Translations under genes and position numbers: made by a program
Assembly: GCF_009914755.1 (NCBI RefSeq)
Contig: NC_060942.1
DNA length: 64,000 nucleotides
Source: the human T2T-CHM13v2.0 reference genome, Homo sapiens
Direction: 5' to 3' (one strand)
The notes under the pieces: generated by a model
What the model was told of the DNA's origin: nothing
The model's database searches: none
Seen by the model: the letters and a program-made list of their open reading frames with translations, nothing else
Shown: one piece after another, positions 37,442-55,463 of the stretch
Layout of the letters: every line of letters begins with the position of its first letter
How positions within the stretch are numbered: the stretch's first letter is position 1

Positions 37442-38290
37442 TAGACAAGGTTTTTTTTTTTTCATGCACTTGTCCCTGTCTTAGCAGAATTCCATTATTA
37501 CTTGTTACTCAATGTTTTTTAGCCTTGTGGTGAGGAGCAGGTGTATTCTCTATTCTTCTAATTAAGCATCAGCCTTATATAGGCACTGTGCCTGGGCTTC
37601 AGGACTGTGGTCTTCTCAGTGTTCCTGTGCTTCTGCTGGGCATAATTCTGAGCCCAATTATATATTCCTGCACCTTCCCTAGAGCAGATTTTTTTTTCTC
37701 TTCTCTTACCCTAGATGCAGTAGGCTTTCACTATTGCCTTGAATATGACAGTGCTTGTTGGCTTTCCTCCAGCAGTTTTGGCCTTATTATGAAGAGGAAA
37801 AAGGCAAGGAGAATCTGGGTGGGGTTTTATGCCTTTCCTGACACAGCCACTGTTCTTTTCCTTCAGGCTTGCATTGCAAGGGGATACTCTTCAGGACTCT
37901 CATCAATCTGTTTTGTGATCACTGGTGAGTTGCATGTAGAAAAGCCTGTGAATGGGTGCAAATTTTTCTTATATCTGCACCCTCAGGAGTACTTTGTTCT
38001 CCTGAGATGCATTGCTTGGCCTTAACAGTTCAATAACAATTTTAGCTAAATTCTTACCAGCATCTGGCAGCATCTGTCCTGGGTAATTGAGTGCTCATGT
38101 TCTATCTCTCCTTGTAGACACTTGCAAATACTTAGATTTCAGATTAGCTGGTTTTTTTTTTTTCTGTAAACTCAGATCTCTGATGGGTTCGAGTAAAATT
38201 ATAAATTTGTGGATTGTTTGGCATTTTTGTTGCAAGAGTTGAAGTGATGCTTTTTCTAGTTTTCTACATCTTAAGAAATAGCCAGAAGTA
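37442..38290 (-). mobile_element. Probable continuation of the old L1M 5' region
   Basis: ctcagatctctgatgggttcgagtaaaattataaattt...; collinear with 34800-36205. Confidence 0.5.
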
Positions 38291-38732
38291 GCACTATTCT
38301 TAATACCCCAAACTGGAAACTGCCATAATGTCTATTAACAGTCAAATGGTTAAATATATTGTGGTATATTTATCCAAAGGACTACTATATAGCCATGAGA
38401 ATGAGGGCACTTTAACTACATAAAACAATATGGATATAACTCATAAATATAATGCTGAGCTAAGGAAGCCAGTCACGAATGAGTACGTGCTAGATAATTC
38501 CATTTACATAAAATGCAAAACTAATTTATGCTTTTGAAAATTAAGGAAGCAATGATCATTGGAAAGCCAGAGACTGGAATGGAGAACAAGAGGGGCTTCT
38601 GAGATCCCAGCCATGTTCTGTTTCTTGATATGTTTGTTATTTCTATAACTTTGTATTTCTGAAAACAGAAATACATGTATAATTTCCACTTTTCTGTGTG
38701 TATATTATGATTCATCAAAAATATTTTTAAAA
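38290..38732 (+). mobile_element. L1ME-type 3' end
   Basis: cccaaactggaaac...aaatatattgtggtatattta...cataaatataatgctgagc...ccatttacataaaa...gaggggcttctg. Confidence 0.75.
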
Positions 38733-39861
38733 TATCTATTAATAAAAGCATGGATTCATAACTTTTCAAATAGCTAACTAAATGCAACTAAAACATAATC
38801 CAGCAAAAGAGAAAATTAAGAGAATGGCAAGAAAGCTGAGAAAATAAAGTGCTAAAGCCTAAGGACATCAATTATGGCAATAAATATAAATGCTTAACAT
38901 TTTTCCCCATTAAAAGATAATAAAATACAATAAAACTCATGTATGTTTTTAATGATGTACAAATGCAAAAGGACTATAGGTGAGCCCTTTCTCCAGTAAT
39001 TTCCTTTTTTTCTTCTTGAATTATATTTGTGCTATTACAATTATATCCTTGAAACAGTGTACCTAATCTATCCAATGGTATTTGGGGCAAGAATATTTTG
39101 AAGACAAGTAGCAAAAGACAGGTCAGGGAGGGTAATAATTTGAGACATACAAAGGAAAAATATATTTCCTGCAGATTAAAGTGGTTTTGAGCTGGACTAT
39201 TCTCAGATAACTAAGGAAAATTGTTTATATTAATTTAGTATTAATCTCCAAACCTTAACCTCAGCTCAGTTCTTCATACACCCAGAACATTACCTGCATG
39301 ACTTCAGAAAATTCTAGCTTCATGCATGAGGCTGGGCATCAGAGGACAATGCCACCCTCTCCTAGACCCTGGAAAGGAAGCACTTCATAGTGTGGCCACT
39401 ATGTAAGAGAAGAGATGGAGAAATCAGGCCTGGGGGATTTGGCTGAAGGAGAATGGAGGCTTTGTATGGGAATTAAATAGAAGAGCTTTAAAATATTTTG
39501 TTTTGAAAGCTTTGAGACATAAATATTTGATATTTTAAGATCTGGTGTTTTAAGAATTGCACATATTTAATATATGCATTTTGATGGATTTGGATATATG
39601 TATATACCATATTTAAGACAGTAAACATATCCATTACCTCTGAAAATTTCCTCATATTCTTTTGTGGGTTTTTTTGTGTTCACATAGCTGAAAGGAGTCT
39701 ATGGAAGTAGAAATAACAACTATTTCCATCAGGAATTTTTCCTTGAAGACAGTGTGGGTTTGGGATATGTTGTCTTACAGGAATTCAGATAAATCTGAGA
39801 AAATGGAGACCTGTGGGTGAGGCTTTGATTAATAAATGGATCTTAAAATTTAACTACTCCT

Positions 39862-40132
39862 GGCTGGGCGTGGTGGCTCACATCTGTAATCCCAGCACTT
39901 TGGGAGGGCAAGGCAGGCGAATCACTTGAGGTCAGAAGTTTTGAGACCAGCCTGGCCAACACAGTGAAACCCCGTCTCTACTAAAAGTACAAAAATTAGC
40001 TGAGTGCATCTGTAATCCCAGCTACTCAAGAGGCTGAGGCAGGAGAACTGCTTGAACCCAGGAGGCAGAGGTTGCAGCCAAGATGGTGCCACTGCACTCC
40101 AACATGGGTGACAGAGCAAGATTCCATCTCAA
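39862..40132 (+). mobile_element. AluS (Sz/Sx-like) lacking a poly(A) tail
   Basis: ggctgggcgtggtggctcac...gcaagattccatctc followed by only aa; small internal deletions. Confidence 0.95.
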
Positions 40133-40334
40133 TGACTCCATTTTGAAAATAAGAAAGAAATAATTTGGAGAAAAACTTTCAAGACTTTAAAAAGATCTTA
40201 CCTCACTATAGCTCATTATAACTTTCTAGAAAACTTCACATTTTTTATCTAATTGAAATTACATGAATTCTCTGTTTAAAGATGCCCAAATTGATGTGCA
40301 TCTACGATTTTATCTAGATTAAATTATCATATTA

Positions 40335-41530
40335 TTATTCAATACATACATTTGAGACCCCAACTATGTGTTATATGCTATGTAAAGCCCAGAATAACAA
40401 GGTTCAATTTCTATTGTCACAAAGTTCAACATCTAATGACAGAGATAGACAGTTATAAGGTTAACAGGAACTCAGTGTTATAAAAACTATGATCACAGAA
40501 TGTTCAGTGTGTTGGCAGATACCTCTCTATGGGTCTCAAGTTTCTGCACATCTAAGTGATGCACTAATTATCCCTTGTTTTAGACTGTCTGTTCAAAGAT
40601 GTTATGTAACAGAAAATCTTGAAAGACAAAGATAATCTATTTTTCAGGAGCAAAAGGCAGGTGTGTTTACTACCCATTACAAAAGATTTGGCTTCCGTAA
40701 GCTCAGAATTCCTCTCCTATAACATGGTTCACAGTGTTTGTAGATGTCTTTTAGGCCCCTTCAAGTTATCCTATAGGAATTGGGAACTGGAACAAATGCT
40801 GATGCTCTGGCTCCTGCAATGCTATGAGGAATAAATTGTCTGTCTTCTCTGATTCAGGAGTCTTATGTCTTCTACAAGCATCCATGAAACTATGGCAGGC
40901 TAGTCTCAGACCCTTCAAAGTTCTTGAAACTTGGGAATATGAAGAAGGCATGCTTATATAAGCAAATAGAATAGCAATGGTATTGTGAGGTATGAAGAAT
41001 CTAGGAAAATTGGGTCTGTGAGGATGTGGGGTGAGAAAAGACAGAAGTAAATGAGGAAAAAAATGAAGACACAGGTAGAGGGGATAGCATGAGCAAGGAT
41101 GGGGTTGTGGAGATAGAGATGGTGAAGAATGTTTTAATATCACCCAAGAACATTAATGCTTTTATTAAGGCAATGCAATTGAGGGCTACTAAGTAGAGGA
41201 TGATATAATCAGATATAAGTTTTAGACATGTCACTTTGGTAGTAGTGGAAAATGACTTGGAATACAAGGATGGGAGGCAGGGAGCTCCAAAGACCAGCTA
41301 GGAACCATGGGAGCAATCCAGATGATGCATGATAAAAGTCTAAAATAGAGAAAGAAGATAGAGAAGCAAGACTTCACAACGTATTATGAAAGAAGGATCA
41401 AGTGGTTGTATTGAAAAAACAGATTCTGGGGCTTCTATAGGCTGAATCCCAGTTTTTCTGTCTTTGATACCTGAGTAAATAAAGGTAACATCTACCATTA
41501 TAGATGGTGGAGAAATAAGGAACCATAGCA
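40335..41530 (-). mobile_element. L2 fragments split by an LTR
   Basis: attcaatacatacatttgagacc...; ttttagacatgtcactttggtagtagtggaaaatgact...agcaatccagatga. Confidence 0.6.
40510..40929 (+). mobile_element. LTR40-like ERVL solo LTR
   Basis: tgttggcagatacctctctatgggtctc...ggagcaaaaggcagg...aataaattgtc...catccatgaaactatggcaggcta...cagacccttcaaagttcttgaaa. Confidence 0.8.
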
Positions 41531-43877
41531 TATGTAGGGGTGCTTGGACTTTACATATGTATGTAGGTATTTGGTTTAGAAAGAATGATCACTCTAGGTG
41601 GGCAGGATGTGTATTACTCTTGTTTGACAATTAATCCTAAGGATTAAGTGTATTGCTGAGGGTAATATGGTTAGTGAGTTAATAGTGGAACTTGAATCAA
41701 ATGACTGGTCCAGTGGCCTTTTTATTCTGCTTACTAGAGCCAATTTTCAGCACCAGTCATAGATCTCTTATCCACTCTCAAAAGATCTTGGTATCACCTG
41801 GGAGATGAAGGAAGCAGAAGGGAGAGGAAAGTAGGGAGCTATATATGCTTTTTTTGTTTGAAAAATATACTATACCTGTTAGTTCACTACTAAAAGAAAA
41901 GGAACTGAGGATTTATGTTTGGGTCTTCCTTGTTAATAAAATAGCTCAAAAATGTATATTCTTAGAGGCGCTGATCTTAGATGACTCAAGAAGAAATATG
42001 TTCTGCCGTAAGGTGGATGCTCATCTTTGAATCTCCAATCATTAGTCTAAACTTGTTCACAATAGCACAAGGCTAGAGCACTGACTTTGTGTCTATATAA
42101 TCCTAAAACATCCCATCAGCCAGTTCAGTGAAAACCATGAAAAGCCATGTAAGTCAGTCTTCTTGTTTGATTTTTGCTGTTATAGACAGAGGTTTTATCA
42201 TTGGTTCCCAAATCAAGTTTTGGTATGGTCTCAGAAACTGTCAGTTTTCTGTCTGGGCCTCAGTTTGGTGTCTGCAACACAGTATGCTCTCACATAATGT
42301 CCATGGAATCATAAGATCTTTTACCATCCTAATGATCTAAGAGTGTTTGAGAGTTTCAGGAAAGAGTGTGAAAAGAATAGAGAGGACAAGTAAGGTCAGA
42401 ATATTAAAGAAATCTACATTTAGGGACTAAGAAAAAAAGGGCTAAAAAAAAAAAAAAAAGAACTAGGGAAACAGCCAGGGAAGAAATATTTTAAAAATGT
42501 ATTTCTGTCTGTCTTTTTCTAAAGGAAATCTGTATCTTAGGAATTAGTGAACTTTATGAGTTAGTTGGTGATGAGTTAGTTAGTTCTATGCCTGTACAGG
42601 GCCCTGTGAGGGAAAATTAAGGCATGAGAAATCTGAGTTGGGTATAAAAAATTTAAATTTCTGTTTAATATAAGGAAATGGGAAGTCTTACTGTAAATTA
42701 TCTCCAATATCTGTTGTAATATTAGATACCTTTGAAATCCTTGAGTCCTGGTTGTGCCCATTACTCATTATCTATGTGTTCATTACCATGTGTCTTGTCT
42801 CTTCAATGGATATGTCAGTTTCTTAGGAGCAGAGTGTCAGCACACATTGGATGAGCAATACATGTATTTTAATTTATTAGTTTAGAATAGTGTCAGTCTT
42901 CAGAGACTGACAGAGTCAAACTCGGAGTTGAAGACTCAAGAAGAGGGGAAATGTTTAGAGTTCTCTTGGCTAAAGGTGAGGTGCTTTCCAGGTCCTTCAG
43001 GCTCTGAGAGCATCTGAAATGTCTTAAGTGGACCTGAGAATCCAGAGTCTCAGCTTGTGCCCAAACTGCCCATCACCCTCTTGTCCTCTGCACCCATAAT
43101 TCTGAGAAAGGCAGTTTGCTTTTTCATCTTGTAGGAAACACAGTCTCAGAAAACAGCTGCGTTCAACGTTGGATCCTAATGGTAAATATCACACTTGGTC
43201 TTTGGCAGGGGATGCCCTTGGCTCCCAAAATAACCTTAACCACGGTTAAGATTTCCCACAATTGAAGAGTACTGAGAGAATCAAATGCAAAAGAATTGAT
43301 AGACATTTAATCCCATTGTGCTCAACAATTTGGCTTTCCCTTGTAGTCACATTAGTGATGGCTACCAAAGCTTAACCTCTTAGGATCCAGGGTGATGAGG
43401 GGTCACGTAGAGACCTGCAAATTTGTGAGACATCTTGGCAAGTGAGGGAGAGTGGTCACATGCAGGATCACTGAGCCCAGTCTTTTAATTTGATTCATAA
43501 AATACAGCTATAGATAGTGCTGTCCTGTACTTGGTCTGTTGCAACTCATCAACCCACAGGGTTAACTGGAGCAAGACTTAGAATCAGTGAATATCTTTAA
43601 AGTTTTTGGTTTGCTGCTCTTAGATTACTTTCTCACACATTCCTCTATCTCTTCCTGGGTATTTGGTGACTTACACTGTTTTTCCCTATAGTAAGCCTAA
43701 AGCGTCAGTCATTGCCCTAAGTGCTTCTGAACCCATTACCAACAAATCTGTGTGGGTTTAAAATCTTATTTATAAATTTTTAAATCTATGTGGATTTATC
43801 CTATTTCTTATCATTAGAAATATTCATTGTCTGTACTGTACCTATTTGCATTTCTTTATTTTCTATGCAGTGGTCAT

Positions 43878-43987
43878 GCATTGTGGTGATGATTAAGTGG
43901 ATGCACAAATTTGTCAAAACTCACTGACTTGTACACCAAAAATGTTTGTAGTATATTATAGGTAAATTATACCTTAATAAAAAGTTG
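43878..43987 (+). mobile_element. L1M 3' terminal fragment
   Basis: attgtggtgatg...atttgtcaaaactcactgacttgtacacc...ggtaaattataccttaataaa. Confidence 0.65.
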
Positions 43988-44924
43988 CTTTAAGGAGTGG
44001 AGGTAATCCTTTCTTCAGATGAAGCTGACCTGTTAAGGACCAGGAGACTTTCCTTTTGACAATCAGCCCACCTATTACCGAGGTGGGGGCCATGCACATC
44101 CTGATTTGGCAATGAGGTACAGAATTTTACAAAATAGACCTCCACCTGAGAAACCTTAGCATCAACCTGGATGTGAAAAAACCTTCAGGTCAAACATTTG
44201 CAATGTGCAATTGTTAACAAAATCATGTACTTGTTTATGATAATAGAATTATTTTAGTTTATAATGTGAATTCTATATGGTATGTAATAATTATAGTTCA
44301 ACCACTTTATTTCATTTAAGCAAAGCAATTAAATATAAATCATGTGTTTTACTGAGTATAATTATCAAAATAATTTATTATTATAATATATGAATCCCCA
44401 CATTCTCACCATTGTATGTACCAACATTTGAATTCAAATTATATTTCTACATACAAAGTCTTAGTCCAGAAGAATCCTAACTGTTAGAACTCTGATTGAT
44501 ATCTCTGTTCCCTGGTCTGTGCCATTCTCACCGGGGTCGGCCATCCCAGAGGCTGCCCAGGGCCAGTCTGGAGCCACAGCATCTGTGAGGTGCCTCTGCT
44601 GCCTGTGCTGCCCTCCTCAGGGAGTGCCTGCCACCCACCAGTTGACTTGCTGGATGCAATGAGTCTGCTATTGTCCACCTCCAGGCTTCTCAAAGACTTC
44701 TTGTCCAAATTCTGTGTGGTTGCTCCCTTCTACACAGTAAGCCCCAACTGCCTGCCTATTGTGGTTTATCTTTCCCATTTTCCTAATTTTCCTTCCCAGC
44801 TTGTTCCCAAACTTTCAATACCCTGACTGATCCCTTACTTAAAATAATGCATCATCTTCCTAATTCTGTTGACTACAGATGTTTTCTTGTAAAAAAACAA
44901 TGCCAGTACTGTTGTCTGTCATCC

Positions 44925-45080
44925 ATGTGGATGTGAGTGAATTACCTAACCTCACTGGTGATTATATTAGCTCTTTATCTAAAGTTCTTGTGAGGATGAA
45001 ATGGGTTGATCTTTGTAAAGCAGTCAGAATGGTGCCTGGCACCTAGGAAGTGGTAGATAAGTGTGTGCTGCTATTATCAG
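44925..45080 (+). mobile_element. MIR SINE
   Basis: ttcttgtgaggatgaaatgggttgatctttgtaaagcagtcagaatggtgcctggcacctaggaagtg. Confidence 0.7.
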
Positions 45081-46026
45081 TATTAGAAAGCAAAGGCAAA
45101 ACATACAGCTCCCTGCTGGGATGATGAATGAAAAATGGGTTGCATTAGGTAACCTTTTGATGCCTATCTGAGGTGGGCCACATGAAGGTTTTGAGAGTCC
45201 TTCAGAGACACAAGGGAGGAGGTGAATTTGAAGGGTAGAGCCCTAGAGAAGGGATGTAGGAAGGGGGTGATGCCACAGGAGAGGGAGGGGGCATGAAAGT
45301 TTTGTGATTTTGTTTAGGGTCTTCAGTTATTTCTTATGTGTCACCAAGACTAATTTGTTCTTGTCACCTTCTGCCTTTGGGATAAATAGTTCTGATGCCT
45401 CCTCTGCTTTTATTAAAATTTCTTCTCACCAAATTCTGTCCTTGGCCCTGTAGGGCAGGTCCCCAAGTTGGGCCTGATTCATGACCACAACAGCAAGAAG
45501 ATGTTATAGGAAGGAAATAAAGGAATCAGCCTTTGGTTGGCATGAGCAGAGTCATGTATGATATATTAAAATGCAAATGGAGCCCTCAATGAAAAACCAC
45601 AGCACAAGATGTCCTGGGGAAGAGGAGGCCAGTGCTGTGAGCAACCTGCTGGGCCATGTTTATTGCATCTTTAGAGGAGGATGCATGTATTTGTGTCTCA
45701 CTCAGCTAGTGAGTTGTGGGGTGTGACTCATGAATCTTCTCAGCTACCAGCAGTCCCTGCAGGAAAGAAAAGTAAAGGCAACTTTCTGCAGGCAAAGATA
45801 CTTGGATACAGTTCAATGAACTGGTATTTAATAATGACCATCTGGGTGGAGCTTGGGCTTTGGCACTGAAGAGAAGGAGAAAGCAAGGTTTCTGCCCCTT
45901 TGGAGCCATCATTCTGTTGGGGATTCAAGATTTCCACATGTAAGCAAGTGTAGAATGACAGAACCTAGTGGGCATTTGGTGATTAGGAATCCACAGGTCC
46001 CAGGGAGAGAAATAAAGTTCAAGGCA

Positions 46027-46350
46027 TAGTCATATACTGCATAATGATGTTTCCATCAATGATAGACCACATATATGATGGTGGTCCCATAAGATTATAA
46101 TATCATATTTTTATGGTACCTTTTCTATACTTAGGTGTATTTAGATGTACCATTACCACTGTGTTACATTTGCCTACAGTAGTCAATACAGTAACATACT
46201 GACTGTACAGGTTTGTAGCCTAGGAGCAATAGGCTATACCATACAGCCTAGGAGTAGGCTATACCATCTAGTTTTGTTCAGTATACTCTATAATGTTCAC
46301 AACAAAATTGTCTAACAATATGTATTCCAACATTAAGTGATGCAAGACTG
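46027..46350. mobile_element. Tigger3a/MER7-like TcMar DNA transposon derivative
   Basis: Terminal inverted repeats (t)agtcatatactgcataatg ... cattaagtgatgcaagactg followed by TA; ggtggtcccataagattataat and gcctaggagcaataggctatacc motifs. Confidence 0.85.
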
Positions 46351-46352
46351 TA

Positions 46353-46790
46353 GCTTAAGTGTAGAAGCTTAATTTATTGGCTACATAACTGAGAAAAACA
46401 GGAGTGCTTGTCCTTGGGGACTCCTGAGGTACATACAGCTCTCTGCCTCCTCATGTGTTGTCTTCATTCTATTCTGATTACATGAGCTGCTTCCATGCAG
46501 TGGGAGTGGCCACTACTGCAGTTTCAGATTTGTATTTTGCCACCTTCATGTCATCGGAGGAAAGAGAAAGCTTCTCTTTCCAGAGAATGACCTAGATTGG
46601 AGGAGCTTGGGTCATGTGCTCATCCCTGGCCAATAACTGTAGTCAGAGGGCTGAGCTACTATGATGAGCAGGCTGGGGTATGTGACCACTCTTATGAACT
46701 AGGAAGGGGGGTTTTACCTCACTACAGCCACATGGAGTGGGACGAAGACAATTCCCTGCAATTGGACTCTGGCCAGAGGAAGGGTCAAAG
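46353..46790 (-). mobile_element. MLT1J-like LTR
   Basis: aatttattggctacataactgag...cttgggtcatgtgctcatccctggccaataactgtagtcagaggg. Confidence 0.6.
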
Positions 46791-49105
46791 AGATCTGGGA
46801 CATCTTGAAATAGCAGGTGTTCCATCTGTAGGCCAGGGCTGCTTGGTGAGGCCCAGAATGGAAAGATGTAAAGGCTCAGCAAAGGAGCTGCACTGTGGGC
46901 TAGCCAGAGAAGGATGGCTCCCTGGGAAAAGCAGGACCTGAATGAAAGGTGTTTTGGAGAGGAAACTGCATCCTTCCTCTGTCCATGGAAAACAGAGGAA
47001 GAGCAGGAAACTGGGCCATGCTTGCTTCTGCAGGGTCCTCGCTGTCAACGAGTGGTGGTTATCTAATAGGGGTCCCTGCCGAAGCCACTTAGCAGCACTC
47101 ATGCTAAGGGGTGGTGATCTCCAACCCCAGAACTGGGGCGCTCTGGCAAAGGCAGCCTGTAACCACCCAGAGTGTAATTTGTCAGAGACACGAAGGTTAA
47201 CATTTTTCTTCACAAAAACTGTCTTTAATGGCCATCAGCAGTCAGGACCTCTGATTTCTGTCTCATTTGAAAGCTTTTAATGCTTTCAGAGGGATAGATG
47301 GGGTGACCTAATAGGTCTTTTCCATCTCTGATTTTCTATGATTAATGAAGTTCAATTGTGCAGAATAAAATGGTGAGTTTCTCGGTGTCACTTCAGCTGT
47401 ATTCCTTTTCCCTCCCTCTTTCTTTCCTCATTTTTTTTTTTTTTAGACAGATGATAATCATGCACATTTTCTCTTAATGCTTCAGGGAAAAAAGGGACTT
47501 TTTCTTCTGAGCCAGGCTTTGAAAATGTCAAGGTGGGTGTATTTATCTGTAGTGTAAATTGTTGCCAAATGTCGCTCCTCACTCCCCACCCCCAGGATAG
47601 ACTGGGTGTCTACATTAAAGGCAATATGAACATTGAAAATGTGGAGACACTCTCTGTTTATAGAGCTTATTAGACTTTTTTCCAAGTACCTTTATAAGAG
47701 ACATGTGTTTAATCATGTCCTGACTTACTGTCTTCTGGGGTAGACATGAGGACTGTCTAACCCTCTTTTGTCTGAAGGGCAACTGAGGCCCAGAGAAGTT
47801 ATGGGACATGTTCTGGGCTCCCTAACCAGGTGAGGGGAAAGCCACCTGCAGGGCTTGTTGGATCCACTCTGCTCCATCTGGGATTACAGTGCAATTTTTA
47901 AGGTATCTCATGGGAAAATTGTAGAGGAATTCAGTTTCTCCCCTTGTCAGCCTGAAGTTTTTCCTAGGCTAAAAGTTCTGGGAATTACGAAGAAGCCAGG
48001 CCTCTAGAGAAGCATCTTAGGAGCAGGAGGTTTTTCACTCTTATGCACTCTTTGCATTTGGAAGAAAGGCTGCAAGGATAGGATTTCCATGGGTTTGTGT
48101 GTTTAGCCTCTTTTTTGGTTAAAGGACATAGATTATGCTTCTCTGAATTTCTGGATATATCGCTCAGCATGGAAGACAGTCAAAAGGGGGTCAGACAAAA
48201 TTCCTTTCAGGAGGAGCAAAGACTGTCAGTTTGACAATTCTGCTGCCTTAGAGTCCTGGGACAGTTCTTCAAAGAGACTACATGTTGATCCATAAAAAAT
48301 CTAATCAATCCATCGAAATCCCCAAGTGACTGAATTTAGACTGCTTCCGTATTTCCAAGATCCTGGAAATTCACAAGAGAAAAAATAACTTCCAACATTG
48401 TCATCGGTAAAGGTCCTCTGGCCTGGATTATTGCAGATTCAAATACATAGAGCACATACCCTGACTTTTAATTGACGCTCTTAAATAATCCACGTGTGCT
48501 AGATACGTGCTAATAAGGGGCAATGGGGGCTGGCCCTGCAGCTGGCTTATGGCCTGGCAATTTCACCTATCTCTCTAGATGAGGGTAAAAAGCCTCTTCT
48601 GGGACCATATCATGGAAGTAGTCATTTTCTCTGCTCCCATATCTCAGTCTTATGTTTTGTGATTTTGGAGTCACCCCTGTGTGAGCTATGTACTAGTGAA
48701 AGCTCCTCTCCATGGCTCCGCCCTTTCGTGGATTGGATTACAAAGGAAGCAGGTGTTGCTCCTTGAAGTTGAGCAATAGGGTGGGTCTCATTTTAAGTTA
48801 GAAACAGACTCAATGGTGCTTGAGTGGGATGGGTGAGGTCTAGTGAACGGAGCCCAGGATCCATGTAAATCCTCAGTGAACACTTTCTTACAGGAGATTA
48901 GGCAGCTGGTAAAACATGAAGGCCTGGTCGAGGGAAACAGGTAAGTTGGGAGATTTTCTTATCCATATTCTAAGGCCTAGTTCAAGGGGTAGTTCAAATC
49001 TGCTACTTCTGTGAACCCTGCCTACAGTCTACACTTGCCTCTCCTCTCTGATCTATATTAGTAAGAATAGAGTTTCTCTGAATGAGTTCCTAGGACCATA
49101 GGCAT

Positions 49106-49503
49106 TGCTGTGGTTTGAATGTGTCCCCTTCAAAATTCAGGTGTTGCCAATGTGGTAGTATTAAGTAGTGGGGCCTTTAAGAGGTAGTTAGGCCATGAGG
49201 GTTCCTTTCTCGTGAATTGGATTGGTGCCCTCACAAAAGTATTTGATGGTGGGAGTTTATCCCTTTTCGCCCTTTTGCCTTGCATTATGTGAGGACATAG
49301 CATTCCTCCTGTCCATAGGACACAGACTTCAAGATGTCAACTTGGAAGCAGAGACTGGACCTTCACCAGACACAAAACCTACTGGTGCCTTGATCTTAAA
49401 CTTCCTTCCCAGCCTCCAGAACTATGATAAAATAAGTTTCTGTTTTTCATAAATTACCCAGTCTCAGGTATTCTGTTATAGGTGTGCAAAACAGACTAAG
49501 ATG
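49106..49503 (+). mobile_element. MSTC/MSTD-like MaLR solo LTR
   Basis: tgctgtggtttgaatgtgtcccc...cttggaagcagagactggaccttcaccagacac...taaattacccagtctcagg; TSD ggcat/ggcgt. Confidence 0.85.
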
Positions 49504-49547
49504 GGCGTTTTAATCAACTTGAGCTTCCTGAGACTCAGGATAGAGTG

Positions 49548-49645
49548 GCAGAGCTAGAATCCCTGGAGGTGAAACTCCAGGATCTGCATTTAGTCTGCCC
49601 ACCTCTCCAAGGAACATTGCGCACCCAGGTTTGGGAATAATGGCC
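49548..49645. mobile_element. MER5-like fragment
   Basis: agaatccctggaggtgaaactccaggatctgcattt...caggtttgggaataatgg. Confidence 0.5.
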
Positions 49646-49896
49646 AGGACTTTTTTTATTTTACTTTATTTTTTTTTAACTCTAAGTTCTGGGATACATG
49701 TGCAGAACGTGCAGTTTTGTTACATAGGTATACGTGTGCCATGGTGGTTTGCTGTCCCTTACCAACCTGTCATTTAGATTTTAAGCCCTGCATACATTAG
49801 CTATTTGTCCTGACACTCTCCCTCCCCTCACCCCCCACCTCCTGACAGGCCCTGGGATGTGTTTTTCCCCTCCCTATGTCCATGTGTTCTCACTGT

Positions 49897-54077
<4,181 letters not shown>

Positions 54078-54140
54078 CTTGATACTATCTGGTTATTTTG
54101 CATACTAGTTCATGCAATTTCTTCATAGTGTCATTGGTCT

Positions 54141-55463
<1,323 letters not shown>

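Noticed and set aside
44060-44440. Possible DNA transposon remnant in an AT-rich stretch
   Set aside because: No terminal repeats or family could be identified with confidence by eye.
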